In this document: piece by piece, positions 18,875-27,714 of the stretch
Position numbering within the stretch: position 1 is the first letter of the stretch
Layout: the number at the start of each line of letters is the position of its first letter
Assembly: GCA_965222995.1 (NCBI GenBank)
Contig: OZ244977.1
Span: 9,039-73,038, forward strand
DNA: 64,000 bases
Source of the DNA: Bacteroidia bacterium
Lineage (GTDB): Bacteria > Bacteroidota > Bacteroidia > UBA8524
Reading direction: 5' to 3'
The notes under the pieces: model-generated
The model's database searches: none
The model's input: the letters and a program-made list of their open reading frames with translations, nothing else
What the model was told of the DNA's origin: nothing
Translations under genes and position numbers: made by a program

Positions 18875-20233
18875 GTGAGTAACTTAAAATCATATAGCTT
18901 CTGGGGTTTTGTAGGCATGGTGGTGCTATATGTGTTGCTGTTTTTAAGTAATAAAGAGTGGTTGCGTGAAGATGCTTTGCGGCATGATATGACCGCATAT
19001 TATGCGTATTTACCCGCTGTTTTTGTTGAGGATGATATCACCCTTAACAGTGAAGAATCAAGGCAAAGCAAGTTTTATTGGTGGACGGTTGAAGCAACTG
19101 CAAAAGAAGGACGCATAATCCGTATGACAATGGGTGTATCCTACCTGCACCTGCCTTTTTTTCTTATAGCACATTCAACAGCTAATTTGGCAGGGTATGA
19201 AGCAACTGGTTTTAACAGCTATTATTTTGTTTGGATATTAATAGGCACATTATTTTATGTGTTTTGCGGTTTTTTAATTCTAAGGAAACTACTGCTGCAC
19301 TTTTTTAATGATAAAATAGCCTTGCTGGCAATGCTTTTGGTAGGTTGTGCCACAAACTTGTTGTACTACACCATTTACGAGGGATCAATGAGCCACGCAT
19401 ATTCCTTTTTTTTAGTAAATAGTTTGTTGTGGCTCACCGTAAAGTGGCATCAAAATCCCAAATGGCAAAGCACAGTACTTTTAGGTTTAGTAGCAGGGGT
19501 AATAACCCTTATCCGTCCTACCAACATACTAATACTACTTGTACCTATACTGTATAATGTGTTTTCAAAAGAAAGTTTCAGGCAAAAAATAAGCTTAGTA
19601 AGCAAGCACTGGTATTTTGTACTTTTGGCTGCTATTTGTGCATTTTTAGTCGGCTTCCCACAACTGCTTTATTGGAAATACCTTTCAGGCAAATGGCTGT
19701 TTTATAGTTATAACGATGAAGGCTTCTTTTTCAATAATCCTCATATATACTATGGTTTACTAAGTTATCGTAAAGGCTGGCTGGTATATACCCCTGCAAT
19801 GGTTTTAGCTATAGCTGGGATAATATTTTTTACTCGCAAATACATAAAACAATGGGCTTGGGCTTTATATGTGTTGACACCCATATACATTTATGTGGTA
19901 TACAGTTGGTGGACATGGTGGTATGGGGGCGGCTTCGGTTCGCGCCCTATGATTGATATATACGGTTTATTAGCTCTCCCGCTTGCTGCCTTTATAGCTT
20001 GGGCTATCAAAATACTGTGGCGGCGTGCAACGTTTTTAGGCATAGGTGCATTCTTTATCTACCTAAATGGGTTTCAAACGTGGCAATATAAAAAACCCAT
20101 AATACACTGGGATAGCATGACCAAGGAAGCCTACTGGGCAATTTTTCTAAAGAAAAACTACCCCGAAGGATATGATAAAATGCTAAAATCTCCTGATTAC
20201 GAAAAGGCAAAAAAAGGTGAGGAAGAATATTAA
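18875..20233 (+). CDS. Polytopic membrane glycosyltransferase-like protein (GT-C)
   Basis: D...YYAYLPA, MSHAYSFF, IRPTN, GWLVYTP, WWYGGGFGSRPMID motifs. Confidence 0.65.
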   Translation: MSNLKSYSFWGFVGMVVLYVLLFLSNKEWLREDALRHDMTAYYAYLPAVFVEDDITLNSEESRQSKFYWWTVEATAKEGRIIRMTMGVSYLHLPFFLIAHSTANLAGYEATGFNSYYFVWILIGTLFYVFCGFLILRKLLLHFFNDKIALLAMLLVGCATNLLYYTIYEGSMSHAYSFFLVNSLLWLTVKWHQNPKWQSTVLLGLVAGVITLIRPTNILILLVPILYNVFSKESFRQKISLVSKHWYFVLLAAICAFLVGFPQLLYWKYLSGKWLFYSYNDEGFFFNNPHIYYGLLSYRKGWLVYTPAMVLAIAGIIFFTRKYIKQWAWALYVLTPIYIYVVYSWWTWWYGGGFGSRPMIDIYGLLALPLAAFIAWAIKILWRRATFLGIGAFFIYLNGFQTWQYKKPIIHWDSMTKEAYWAIFLKKNYPEGYDKMLKSPDYEKAKKGEEEY

Positions 20234-21401
20234 ACAAAACGTATTAAAAATACTTATAGTAGTACTGTTCGCACTTGGTTTCACTACCGCCAAAGCAGTT
20301 GAAGGGCGTTTGATGATAACTACTTTTCCAAACTTTTTCGAGCGTTGGTATAACAGTCATACCGAGTTGCCCATGGCGCATATACCCACTACAAACCATA
20401 TTTATAAGCGGCAAAAGTTTTATATGCTTCCCGTTATTACCGGTTTCAAAACTAATGAGGGGGAAGCCAATGTGAAGTATAATATCACTGTGAAGTATGG
20501 CAATGAGGTGGTTTTTAGCCGAAAAGCGGTTACAGCAGTTGACAAAAAAGTAATAAATACATCAAGTGTTTTCTTGTGTAAAACAATACTTAACTATGGG
20601 TTTGGGGGGAAAGCTACAGAGGGAGAATATAGTATTGAAACTGAAATAATAGACTATGTAGCCAATGATACCGCTACTATTACTGAAAAAATACAGGTAA
20701 GTGATTACGCTTTCAACGAACAAAGATTTACTTCGGCAGACAGTTTTTTTGTATGGCAAAACTATTACTACGAAGGTATAGGTAGTGGTAGAGAAATTGA
20801 CGGGCTGATGTTTTTCTCATTTCCCCAAATGCAAACCAATGCTGAAAAAACGTTGGCGCTACTGGCTTTCTTTTCCGAAGTTTTTAAAGAAAAACAATAC
20901 CTGCTTCAAGAGCTTGAAAACATTTTTTTAGCAAGAAATGAAAACGAGCGGCTAACCATGATACATATAATGCATTTGGCGGGGTATATACCTAAAAGTT
21001 TCAGAAAGAAGTTTAATGAGAAAGAGAAGAAATATTATGCTGATTTAAAAGGATATGGTTTACCCATTATTCCCAATGAGGGTATACAAAACCACATATT
21101 GTTAAATATGCAATGGGCAAGGTTTTTTGCAACGGGCGAATTACAATATGCCAAAAGTATAGCCAAAACCTGCGAGCTGGCTAAATACGGAGGCTCACTA
21201 GCCCGCTTTAACGAATCGGAAAAAACAGAAAAAGATAAACAAGAGGCATTTTTAGAAACTGTATACCAAAAAAACCAGGAGCATTTATTTAAGCGTTTAC
21301 CCAACCATCCATTATTCAACGGGTATTGTATATACCTTTTAAAAACTGATGAGTTAAGCGATTTGGCAAAAAAAGAACTTGAAACGGTTATAATTAAATA
21401 A
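20217..21401 (+). CDS. Hypothetical exported protein
   Basis: Signal peptide ending TAKA; helical C-terminus with QWARFFATGE; overlaps upstream gene by 17 nt. Confidence 0.6.
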   Translation: MRKNIKQNVLKILIVVLFALGFTTAKAVEGRLMITTFPNFFERWYNSHTELPMAHIPTTNHIYKRQKFYMLPVITGFKTNEGEANVKYNITVKYGNEVVFSRKAVTAVDKKVINTSSVFLCKTILNYGFGGKATEGEYSIETEIIDYVANDTATITEKIQVSDYAFNEQRFTSADSFFVWQNYYYEGIGSGREIDGLMFFSFPQMQTNAEKTLALLAFFSEVFKEKQYLLQELENIFLARNENERLTMIHIMHLAGYIPKSFRKKFNEKEKKYYADLKGYGLPIIPNEGIQNHILLNMQWARFFATGELQYAKSIAKTCELAKYGGSLARFNESEKTEKDKQEAFLETVYQKNQEHLFKRLPNHPLFNGYCIYLLKTDELSDLAKKELETVIIK

Positions 21402-21428
21402 GCAACCGTAAAACCGGTAAAGCCATCT
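21400..21428 (+). promoter_or_regulatory. ECF-sigma-like promoter AAGCAAC-N17-CATC
   Basis: Same -35 octamer (AAGCAACC) and 17-nt spacing as the elements at 44925-44952 and 48433-48460; upstream of GT87-like gene. Confidence 0.45.
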
Positions 21429-21480
21429 GTTATAAAAGATATTTCGGTTATTTGTAGCAAAACTACCTGCACACTATTTA

Positions 21481-22656
21481 ATGGACGATACAAAAAACGG
21501 TTTTTGGCAGCGTCTTTGGGCTTTTCTCACCCCATCGCGTATAGGTATATTATACCTGGTAGCTTTTGTAGGTGCATCCATAGCGCAATACTACAAACCC
21601 GAAACAGGAGAATATACCAACTACAATAACTATATAATATTTAAACAAGCCTTTTACCACCTCATACACGGTAAAGACTTATACATAATGTACCCTGCTG
21701 AGTGTTGGGATTTGTTTAAATACAGCCCTGCATTTGCACTTTTTATGGGTGTTTTTGCTTGGATGCCTGATATTGTTGGGCTTACCTTGTGGAATTTGCT
21801 AAATGCCATGGTACTATGGTATGCTTTTACAACACTGCCCAAAGTAGATAATAAGCTAAAAGCTTTTATGCTGCTTTTTGTGTTTTTAGAGCTGCTTACC
21901 AGTATACAAAATGCACAAAGCAACGGGCTTATTGCCGGGTTAATAGTATTGGCATTTAATAGGCTGGAAAAGAGAGACGTAATTTGGTCTTCACTTTTTA
22001 TAGCGTTAACAGTATTTATAAAAATATTTGGGATTGTAGCATTTGCTCTATTCCTGTTATATAAAGCGAAACCAAAGTTTATACTGTATAGTTTATTATG
22101 GTCAGTATTATTACTGGTGCTGCCCATAGTGGTTACAGGGTATGACGGGCTTGTGATGCAGTATAAAAGCTGGTGGAATATGTTACAGCAAGACCATTCA
22201 GCATCCATTGGCTTGTCCGTTATGGGTTGGTTAGAGACATGGTTCGGGTATACGGGGAGTAAAACACTAATTACCTTACTGGGGGTTATACTGTTTTGCT
22301 TACCGCTTATTCGCACAAAATACTATGCTGATTATATGTATCGTGTACTATTGCTGGCATCGGTATTGCTGTGGGTTATTATATTCAACCATAAAGCAGA
22401 GTCGCCCACATTTGTTATTGCAATAGCGGGTGTGGCATTATGGTTTTTTACCCAAAAGAAAGCGGTATGGAAAATTGTGTTGGTAGTGCTGGCATTCGTA
22501 TTTACCTCACTATCGCCAACAGATTTATTCCCATACGTTGTTAGAAAAGAGTGGGTAGAACCTTATGTATTAAAGGCAGTGCCTTGCATACTAATTTGGG
22601 GGGTAATTATTTACGAAATGATGTTTAGAAAATATACTTTTTATGAAAATGAGTAG
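21481..22656 (+). CDS. GT87/DUF2029-like membrane glycosyltransferase
   Basis: NNYIIF, DLFKYSP.FA, QNAQSN, IKIFG, NHKAESPT motifs. Confidence 0.8.
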   Translation: MDDTKNGFWQRLWAFLTPSRIGILYLVAFVGASIAQYYKPETGEYTNYNNYIIFKQAFYHLIHGKDLYIMYPAECWDLFKYSPAFALFMGVFAWMPDIVGLTLWNLLNAMVLWYAFTTLPKVDNKLKAFMLLFVFLELLTSIQNAQSNGLIAGLIVLAFNRLEKRDVIWSSLFIALTVFIKIFGIVAFALFLLYKAKPKFILYSLLWSVLLLVLPIVVTGYDGLVMQYKSWWNMLQQDHSASIGLSVMGWLETWFGYTGSKTLITLLGVILFCLPLIRTKYYADYMYRVLLLASVLLWVIIFNHKAESPTFVIAIAGVALWFFTQKKAVWKIVLVVLAFVFTSLSPTDLFPYVVRKEWVEPYVLKAVPCILIWGVIIYEMMFRKYTFYENE

Positions 22657-23761
22657 AGTATTATATATAGTGTTGTTTACTTGTATATCGCTAGCGGTTA
22701 CAGCACAAGAACTAAAAGAAAAAGAATACAATAACAACCAAAAACTAATTGCCGAAGGTGAAACTTATGTAGAGGGTAAGCGACACGGTAAATGGTTGCT
22801 TTATGGAGCTAACGGTAAAGTAGAGCAAGAAGGGCGCTATGAAAACGGGTTGAAACAAGGAGCATGGAAGCGCTACGATATAAACACCGGAAAAATAGTT
22901 GAAGATGTAAACTATAAAAACGATAAAGCGCATGGAGAATATAAAAGCTACTATGGTAACGGTACACGGGCAGAAGTGGGTGAGTTTAATGAGGGACTAC
23001 AAACAGGTACTTGGAAACTATATTTCGGTAATGAAACCAATTACCTAGCCTCAGTGGGAAACTATGTAAATGGGAAAAAAACAGGCAAATGGATTTATTA
23101 CCACGATGCACCCAAAAAACCAATAAAGGAAGTAGGTACATATAGTAACGATTTGCGAATGGGTACTTGGAAATATTATTTTGAGAACTCAAAAAAAGAA
23201 CTTTTAAGAGCTGAGGGAAATTTTGACAGAGGCAGAAAATCGGGTGTTTGGACATTTTACCATCAAAAACCTAATACGGTTTATTCTCGTATAAAATACA
23301 TTGCTGATTTAGAGCAAGATACCTTTTCAACCTATTACCCCAACGGAAAACTTCACGAGCATAGCAATTATGTAAATGGGGCTTACCACGGTTTGTATCA
23401 GGAGTATTATGAGAATGGAAATATTAAGCAAGAAGGCAGCTATATTAATGGTTTGAGAGCAGATGAATGGAGGATATACTACGACAATAAGATTTTGAAA
23501 ATTTTAGGAAACTATTATAAAAACAAAGCAAATGGTATGTGGAAGTATTATAGGGACAACGGCTCGCTTGAAAAAGAGCAGCAGTATATGGATGGGCAGG
23601 CAAACGGAAAGTATAAAGAGTATTTTTTTAACGGTAAAATTTATAAAGAGGGGCAAGTGCTAGACAATAAAATTGAAGGAAAATGGACGTACTATGACAT
23701 TACCGGAAATATTAATAAAGTTGAGATTTGGAAAGACAATCAGTTAGTGGACACCCAGTAG
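22643..23761 (+). CDS. Exported MORN-variant repeat protein (YwqK-like)
   Basis: Signal peptide then many G.Y.NG.K.G.W..Y...G repeats. Confidence 0.85.
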   Translation: MKMSRVLYIVLFTCISLAVTAQELKEKEYNNNQKLIAEGETYVEGKRHGKWLLYGANGKVEQEGRYENGLKQGAWKRYDINTGKIVEDVNYKNDKAHGEYKSYYGNGTRAEVGEFNEGLQTGTWKLYFGNETNYLASVGNYVNGKKTGKWIYYHDAPKKPIKEVGTYSNDLRMGTWKYYFENSKKELLRAEGNFDRGRKSGVWTFYHQKPNTVYSRIKYIADLEQDTFSTYYPNGKLHEHSNYVNGAYHGLYQEYYENGNIKQEGSYINGLRADEWRIYYDNKILKILGNYYKNKANGMWKYYRDNGSLEKEQQYMDGQANGKYKEYFFNGKIYKEGQVLDNKIEGKWTYYDITGNINKVEIWKDNQLVDTQ

Positions 23762-23762
23762 T

Positions 23763-26036
23763 TTATATTCCCAGCCAGTACACCAGCTTCACCACTAAGC
23801 CTCGGTCTCTTATTCTAAAATTAGGTAAAAAACGGTCTTGAGGGGTAGGTAAGTAGTTATCTCCCCAAACTACAAACAAATCACTCATTGGGGCAAAACG
23901 CCACTGCAATCGGGTATTAATGTTTACATTATCAACTTGTGTATTGTATTGGATAAACGAAGTAAAAAACAAGTTTCTGGTAAAAGTAAACTCCAATTTA
24001 GGACCAATCAAAGTAAGGTTAGTATAACCGTACGGCGAGGGTAAATCCACCTCATCGGTTCTATAGTCTAAACTAAAATTACCCCAAGGTTGTACACGGT
24101 AATTAATACTACCTCCATAAGCAATACGTCTTCCGTTAAAAAAAGTTCCAACAGATACAAAAGAGTAAAAGTTGAACAATTTTCTTCGGTTTGATGAGAA
24201 AGCAACCTCAGTATTACCGTAGTTATATCCGCCCACCGGTAATGCAGTATTACCGGTACCTGTTACATCAATAGGGAAATATAAATAGGTATAGTTATTT
24301 ACATACTTCACACTAAACTCTGCCGTATTTAAAAAAGAAAGCTGTATGTATGGCACGGTAGCAACATCATTAGCACTAAAAGAAGAATCGGCATAGGCAC
24401 TAAAATACACACCTAGTTTTACAGTATATATAGGGCTGTTTTTTGGGTAAAAAGCTCGGGTAATTTCGGGCTCAAGCCTCCAGTAAGTCATAGGTACATT
24501 TATACCTCTGCTACCGTCAAAAACAGATTGGCGGGGAACAAACCCAACTTCGGCATTGTAATTATTACCCACATACTCATGGTTCCACATTATAAACCAT
24601 TCGGGCGTGCTATACCTTAACCACGAAGCATGGGCGTAGGCATTTTTAGGTTGGTTAGGCGAAAACGAGTGATGAAAAAAGAACTTTCCCTGCCACTTAT
24701 TATCAGCACTGGCAAGGTCATAGTCAACACCTACCACACGATTAAAAGGGCTGCTTGAGCTATCCTTGCCCCCTAAGTTTTGTTTATTAACAACAATAGC
24801 AGCAATATTACTACGGGTAAATACTTGGCGTTGAACGGCAGCAACAGTAAAGTTTTCAGCATTAAAATTTTGCCCTTCGTTTTCAAACTCACGCGTTTGA
24901 ATATTCATAGCCCCTATGCGCCAGTTTTTGTTTAGCTTCCCGCTTAGTCTTGCTCCTGCTAAAATGGGTATATTGGTATTTGCTCCCCCCGGCTTTCTGC
25001 TTAAGCCTATTCTACGAGAGAAAAACGGGCGAATTTTACTGAACCCGAAACGGGCAAATAAATCGGAGTTTTCAATAAAAAACTGTCGGCGCTCAGGAAA
25101 AAATAAACTAAAGCGAGTAAGGTTAGTAACCTGCCTGTCTACCTCCACCTGAGAAAAATCAGGGTTCATGGTCAAATCCAGGTTTAGTGAGGGGGTTACA
25201 GATACCTTAGCATCAAAACCTGCATCAACCTCTCTATTCACATCACTATTATCATAGTCTTCACTATAGCTGGTTATTACATAAGGTATTAGTGAGATAT
25301 TTAACCCCGCCTTTGGAGGTAATTTATCCCAAACAAGCTTACCCGTATAGGCTAAGGTAGATATACCAAAATTCAGAGGTACACGGTTCCAGGTACTTCT
25401 TTCGTTTATTTTTTGGTTGTTGCGCGAAAAATTCACACCCCATTCTGCTATATCTTCTTTATAGCGAATGGTTTTAAAAGGTATTTTAAACTCAGCAACC
25501 CAATAACCGTCATAACGTGTAGTGCTGGAAAACCATTTATTATCCCAGTCATCGTTAGTGCCAAAACCGCCTCCGTTTTGTATTAATCCTTCAAGCTGAG
25601 CACCATAAGGGTTCACAGCAAAACTAAACCCATTAATTTTATCATTAAAAGGGTCTAGGTAAATAGCAAAAGCATCATTTGCAGAGAAGGCAAAATCTCG
25701 TTTTAGTGATGTTACTACGTGTTCTTTTTCAGAGTTTTCGTAGCAAATGGCAGCAACATAAATGTTTTTGCTGTCATAGGTCATCATAACTTCTGTTTTG
25801 GTAAATGCTAATAACGTATCGTAAGGAAACTGCTGCCAAAAATTGCCCGTTTTTGGGGTACTTTGCCAAACAGCCTCATCAAGCTTACCATCAATGGTTA
25901 TTTTTTCAGTAGTTTGTTTCAGGGGGTACCTTCGGGCACCATCTGTTAAGGTTTGTGCTGTTGCAGCAAACCCAAGCACATTAAAAAGAATAAAAAAAAT
26001 TATATACCTGCCCAAAACGAGGGCGAAATTAAGCAA
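23763..26036 (-). CDS. DUF5916-type outer membrane protein with N-terminal CBM9-like domain
   Basis: IDGKLDE..W, AEFKIPFKTIRY, NPDFSQVEVD, FFPERRQFF, FFSRRIG; ends in aromatic beta-strand. Confidence 0.85.
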   Translation of the reverse strand: MLNFALVLGRYIIFFILFNVLGFAATAQTLTDGARRYPLKQTTEKITIDGKLDEAVWQSTPKTGNFWQQFPYDTLLAFTKTEVMMTYDSKNIYVAAICYENSEKEHVVTSLKRDFAFSANDAFAIYLDPFNDKINGFSFAVNPYGAQLEGLIQNGGGFGTNDDWDNKWFSSTTRYDGYWVAEFKIPFKTIRYKEDIAEWGVNFSRNNQKINERSTWNRVPLNFGISTLAYTGKLVWDKLPPKAGLNISLIPYVITSYSEDYDNSDVNREVDAGFDAKVSVTPSLNLDLTMNPDFSQVEVDRQVTNLTRFSLFFPERRQFFIENSDLFARFGFSKIRPFFSRRIGLSRKPGGANTNIPILAGARLSGKLNKNWRIGAMNIQTREFENEGQNFNAENFTVAAVQRQVFTRSNIAAIVVNKQNLGGKDSSSSPFNRVVGVDYDLASADNKWQGKFFFHHSFSPNQPKNAYAHASWLRYSTPEWFIMWNHEYVGNNYNAEVGFVPRQSVFDGSRGINVPMTYWRLEPEITRAFYPKNSPIYTVKLGVYFSAYADSSFSANDVATVPYIQLSFLNTAEFSVKYVNNYTYLYFPIDVTGTGNTALPVGGYNYGNTEVAFSSNRRKLFNFYSFVSVGTFFNGRRIAYGGSINYRVQPWGNFSLDYRTDEVDLPSPYGYTNLTLIGPKLEFTFTRNLFFTSFIQYNTQVDNVNINTRLQWRFAPMSDLFVVWGDNYLPTPQDRFLPNFRIRDRGLVVKLVYWLGI

Positions 26037-26066
26037 AACCTTTAGCTTATTGCAGCTATTATACGG

Positions 26067-26801
26067 CTAAGCAAATAAGTTATATTTAAGTATAGAGAAG
26101 ATGGCTCTAAAACCGTCTTTCCAGCCTATTTTCTTGCCTTCTTCATACGTACGCCCATAGTATGATATACCCACCTCATATATACGTATTTTGGGTATAC
26201 GCGAAACTTTAGCGGTTACTTCAGGCTCAAAACCAAAACGTTTTTCTTTCAAGTCCAAACTTTGTATGGTTTCTCTGTGAAACATTTTGTAACAAGTCTC
26301 CATATCTGTAAGATTCAGATTGGTAAACATATTACTCAATGCAGTAAGAAATTTATTACCTATAGTATGCCAAAAGAATAAAATACGGTGGGGATTTCCT
26401 CCCATAAAGCGGCTGCCGTATACCACATCGGCAAAGCCGTCTAAAAAAGGTTTTAAAAGAATGTTAAACTCTTCAGGGTCATACTCCAAGTCAGCGTCTT
26501 GTATCACTAATATGTCTCCGGTAGCTTCTTTTATGCCGGTATGCAAAGCAGCACCTTTTCCCTGATTAACTTTGTGCGAGTGGAATGCAATGTTTAAATC
26601 GGGGTTAGCTTTCATATAGTTTTCTACCGCCTCAACCGTATTGTCTTTGCTGCAATCGTTCACAATAATCACCTCCTTTTCTATGTCGCCAATAAGCTTC
26701 ACAGCCTTCACTTTATCCAAAATCAAGTGTATTGTTTTTCCTTCGTTGTAGGCAGGTATAACTATAGAAAGTGTTTTAAACATTACGAAAAATTTGTGCA
26801 A
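26067..26801 (-). CDS. GT2 glycosyltransferase, polyprenol-phosphate glycosyltransferase (DPM1-like); start probably ATG 26783
   Basis: [43 protein letters not shown]. Confidence 0.9.
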   Translation of the reverse strand: MHKFFVMFKTLSIVIPAYNEGKTIHLILDKVKAVKLIGDIEKEVIIVNDCSKDNTVEAVENYMKANPDLNIAFHSHKVNQGKGAALHTGIKEATGDILVIQDADLEYDPEEFNILLKPFLDGFADVVYGSRFMGGNPHRILFFWHTIGNKFLTALSNMFTNLNLTDMETCYKMFHRETIQSLDLKEKRFGFEPEVTAKVSRIPKIRIYEVGISYYGRTYEEGKKIGWKDGFRAIFSILKYNLFA

Positions 26802-26874
26802 AGAAACTAAATAAACACTAAAAGGCAGTCTTTAGAAAACGTAAGCATAGTTTTTATAGTATTTTTGCTTACGT

Positions 26875-27621
26875 ATGAAAAAGATAGTAGTAGTAGCTTT
26901 TTTACTTGTTAGCACACTCGCTTTCGGGCAGAAAAAAAAGCAAGCAACACCCTCACAGCTTGAAACGTATAAAAAAGTATATACCATGGCTTTAAGAAAC
27001 GGCGATGCTTCAGTTGCTTTAAATAGCCTGTACTTTATTGTAGCCGTAGAGGGAAATAAAAGCCAATACAAAGACAGTTTAGCCTTTTTATATTTCGATA
27101 TGGGTTCTTTTATCCAATGTGAGCGAGTTGCAAGTGAAATTGTGAGAGACAATCCTGATTCTATAGAAAATAAACAAAAGCTTACTATGCTTGAAATTAT
27201 GGCACTTTCTCAAGCATCACTGGGTAAAACAAAAGAAGCCATTAGTTCTTTTGAACGGTTACTTTCAAAAACCAACGAAATGTATCACGCATACCGTTTG
27301 GCAGAACTGCAGTTTGCCTATAAACGTATTGGCGAAGCTTTTGAGAGCATTAGCAAAGCTGAAAAACTAAGCAACAGTATGCAAGCCCCTGTGCGTATAG
27401 ATATGGGGAACAAGCAAATACAAGAAGTAAAATTAGAGGCTGCAATACAAAACCTAAAAGGTTATATTTTATTGCAGGAGTACCCTGAAAGAAAAGCAGA
27501 AGCCATTACTGCTTTTTCAAAAGCACTTGAAATACAGCCCGATTTTATTTTAGCTAAAAATAACTTGGCATTTGCTACTACTAAGGATAAAAAAGAAGAA
27601 AAACCGATTGAAAAAAAATAA
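26875..27621 (+). CDS. Exported TPR-like protein
   Basis: Signal peptide; helical repeats, e.g. AITAFSKALEIQPDFILAKNNL; -7 box at 26860-26867. Confidence 0.7.
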   Translation: MKKIVVVAFLLVSTLAFGQKKKQATPSQLETYKKVYTMALRNGDASVALNSLYFIVAVEGNKSQYKDSLAFLYFDMGSFIQCERVASEIVRDNPDSIENKQKLTMLEIMALSQASLGKTKEAISSFERLLSKTNEMYHAYRLAELQFAYKRIGEAFESISKAEKLSNSMQAPVRIDMGNKQIQEVKLEAAIQNLKGYILLQEYPERKAEAITAFSKALEIQPDFILAKNNLAFATTKDKKEEKPIEKK

Positions 27622-27714
27622 ACACAGAGTATTAGTTTTAATCTCTTAAAAACTTTCAACTCCCGTTTATCCTGCTATTTTTGTTGTTTTTAACCGCTAG
27701 CAACAAAATTTACT

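Noticed and set aside
22643-23761. YwqK antitoxin of a toxin-antitoxin system
   Set aside because: Only MORN-variant repeats plus a signal peptide; no adjacent toxin; upstream gene is a glycosyltransferase
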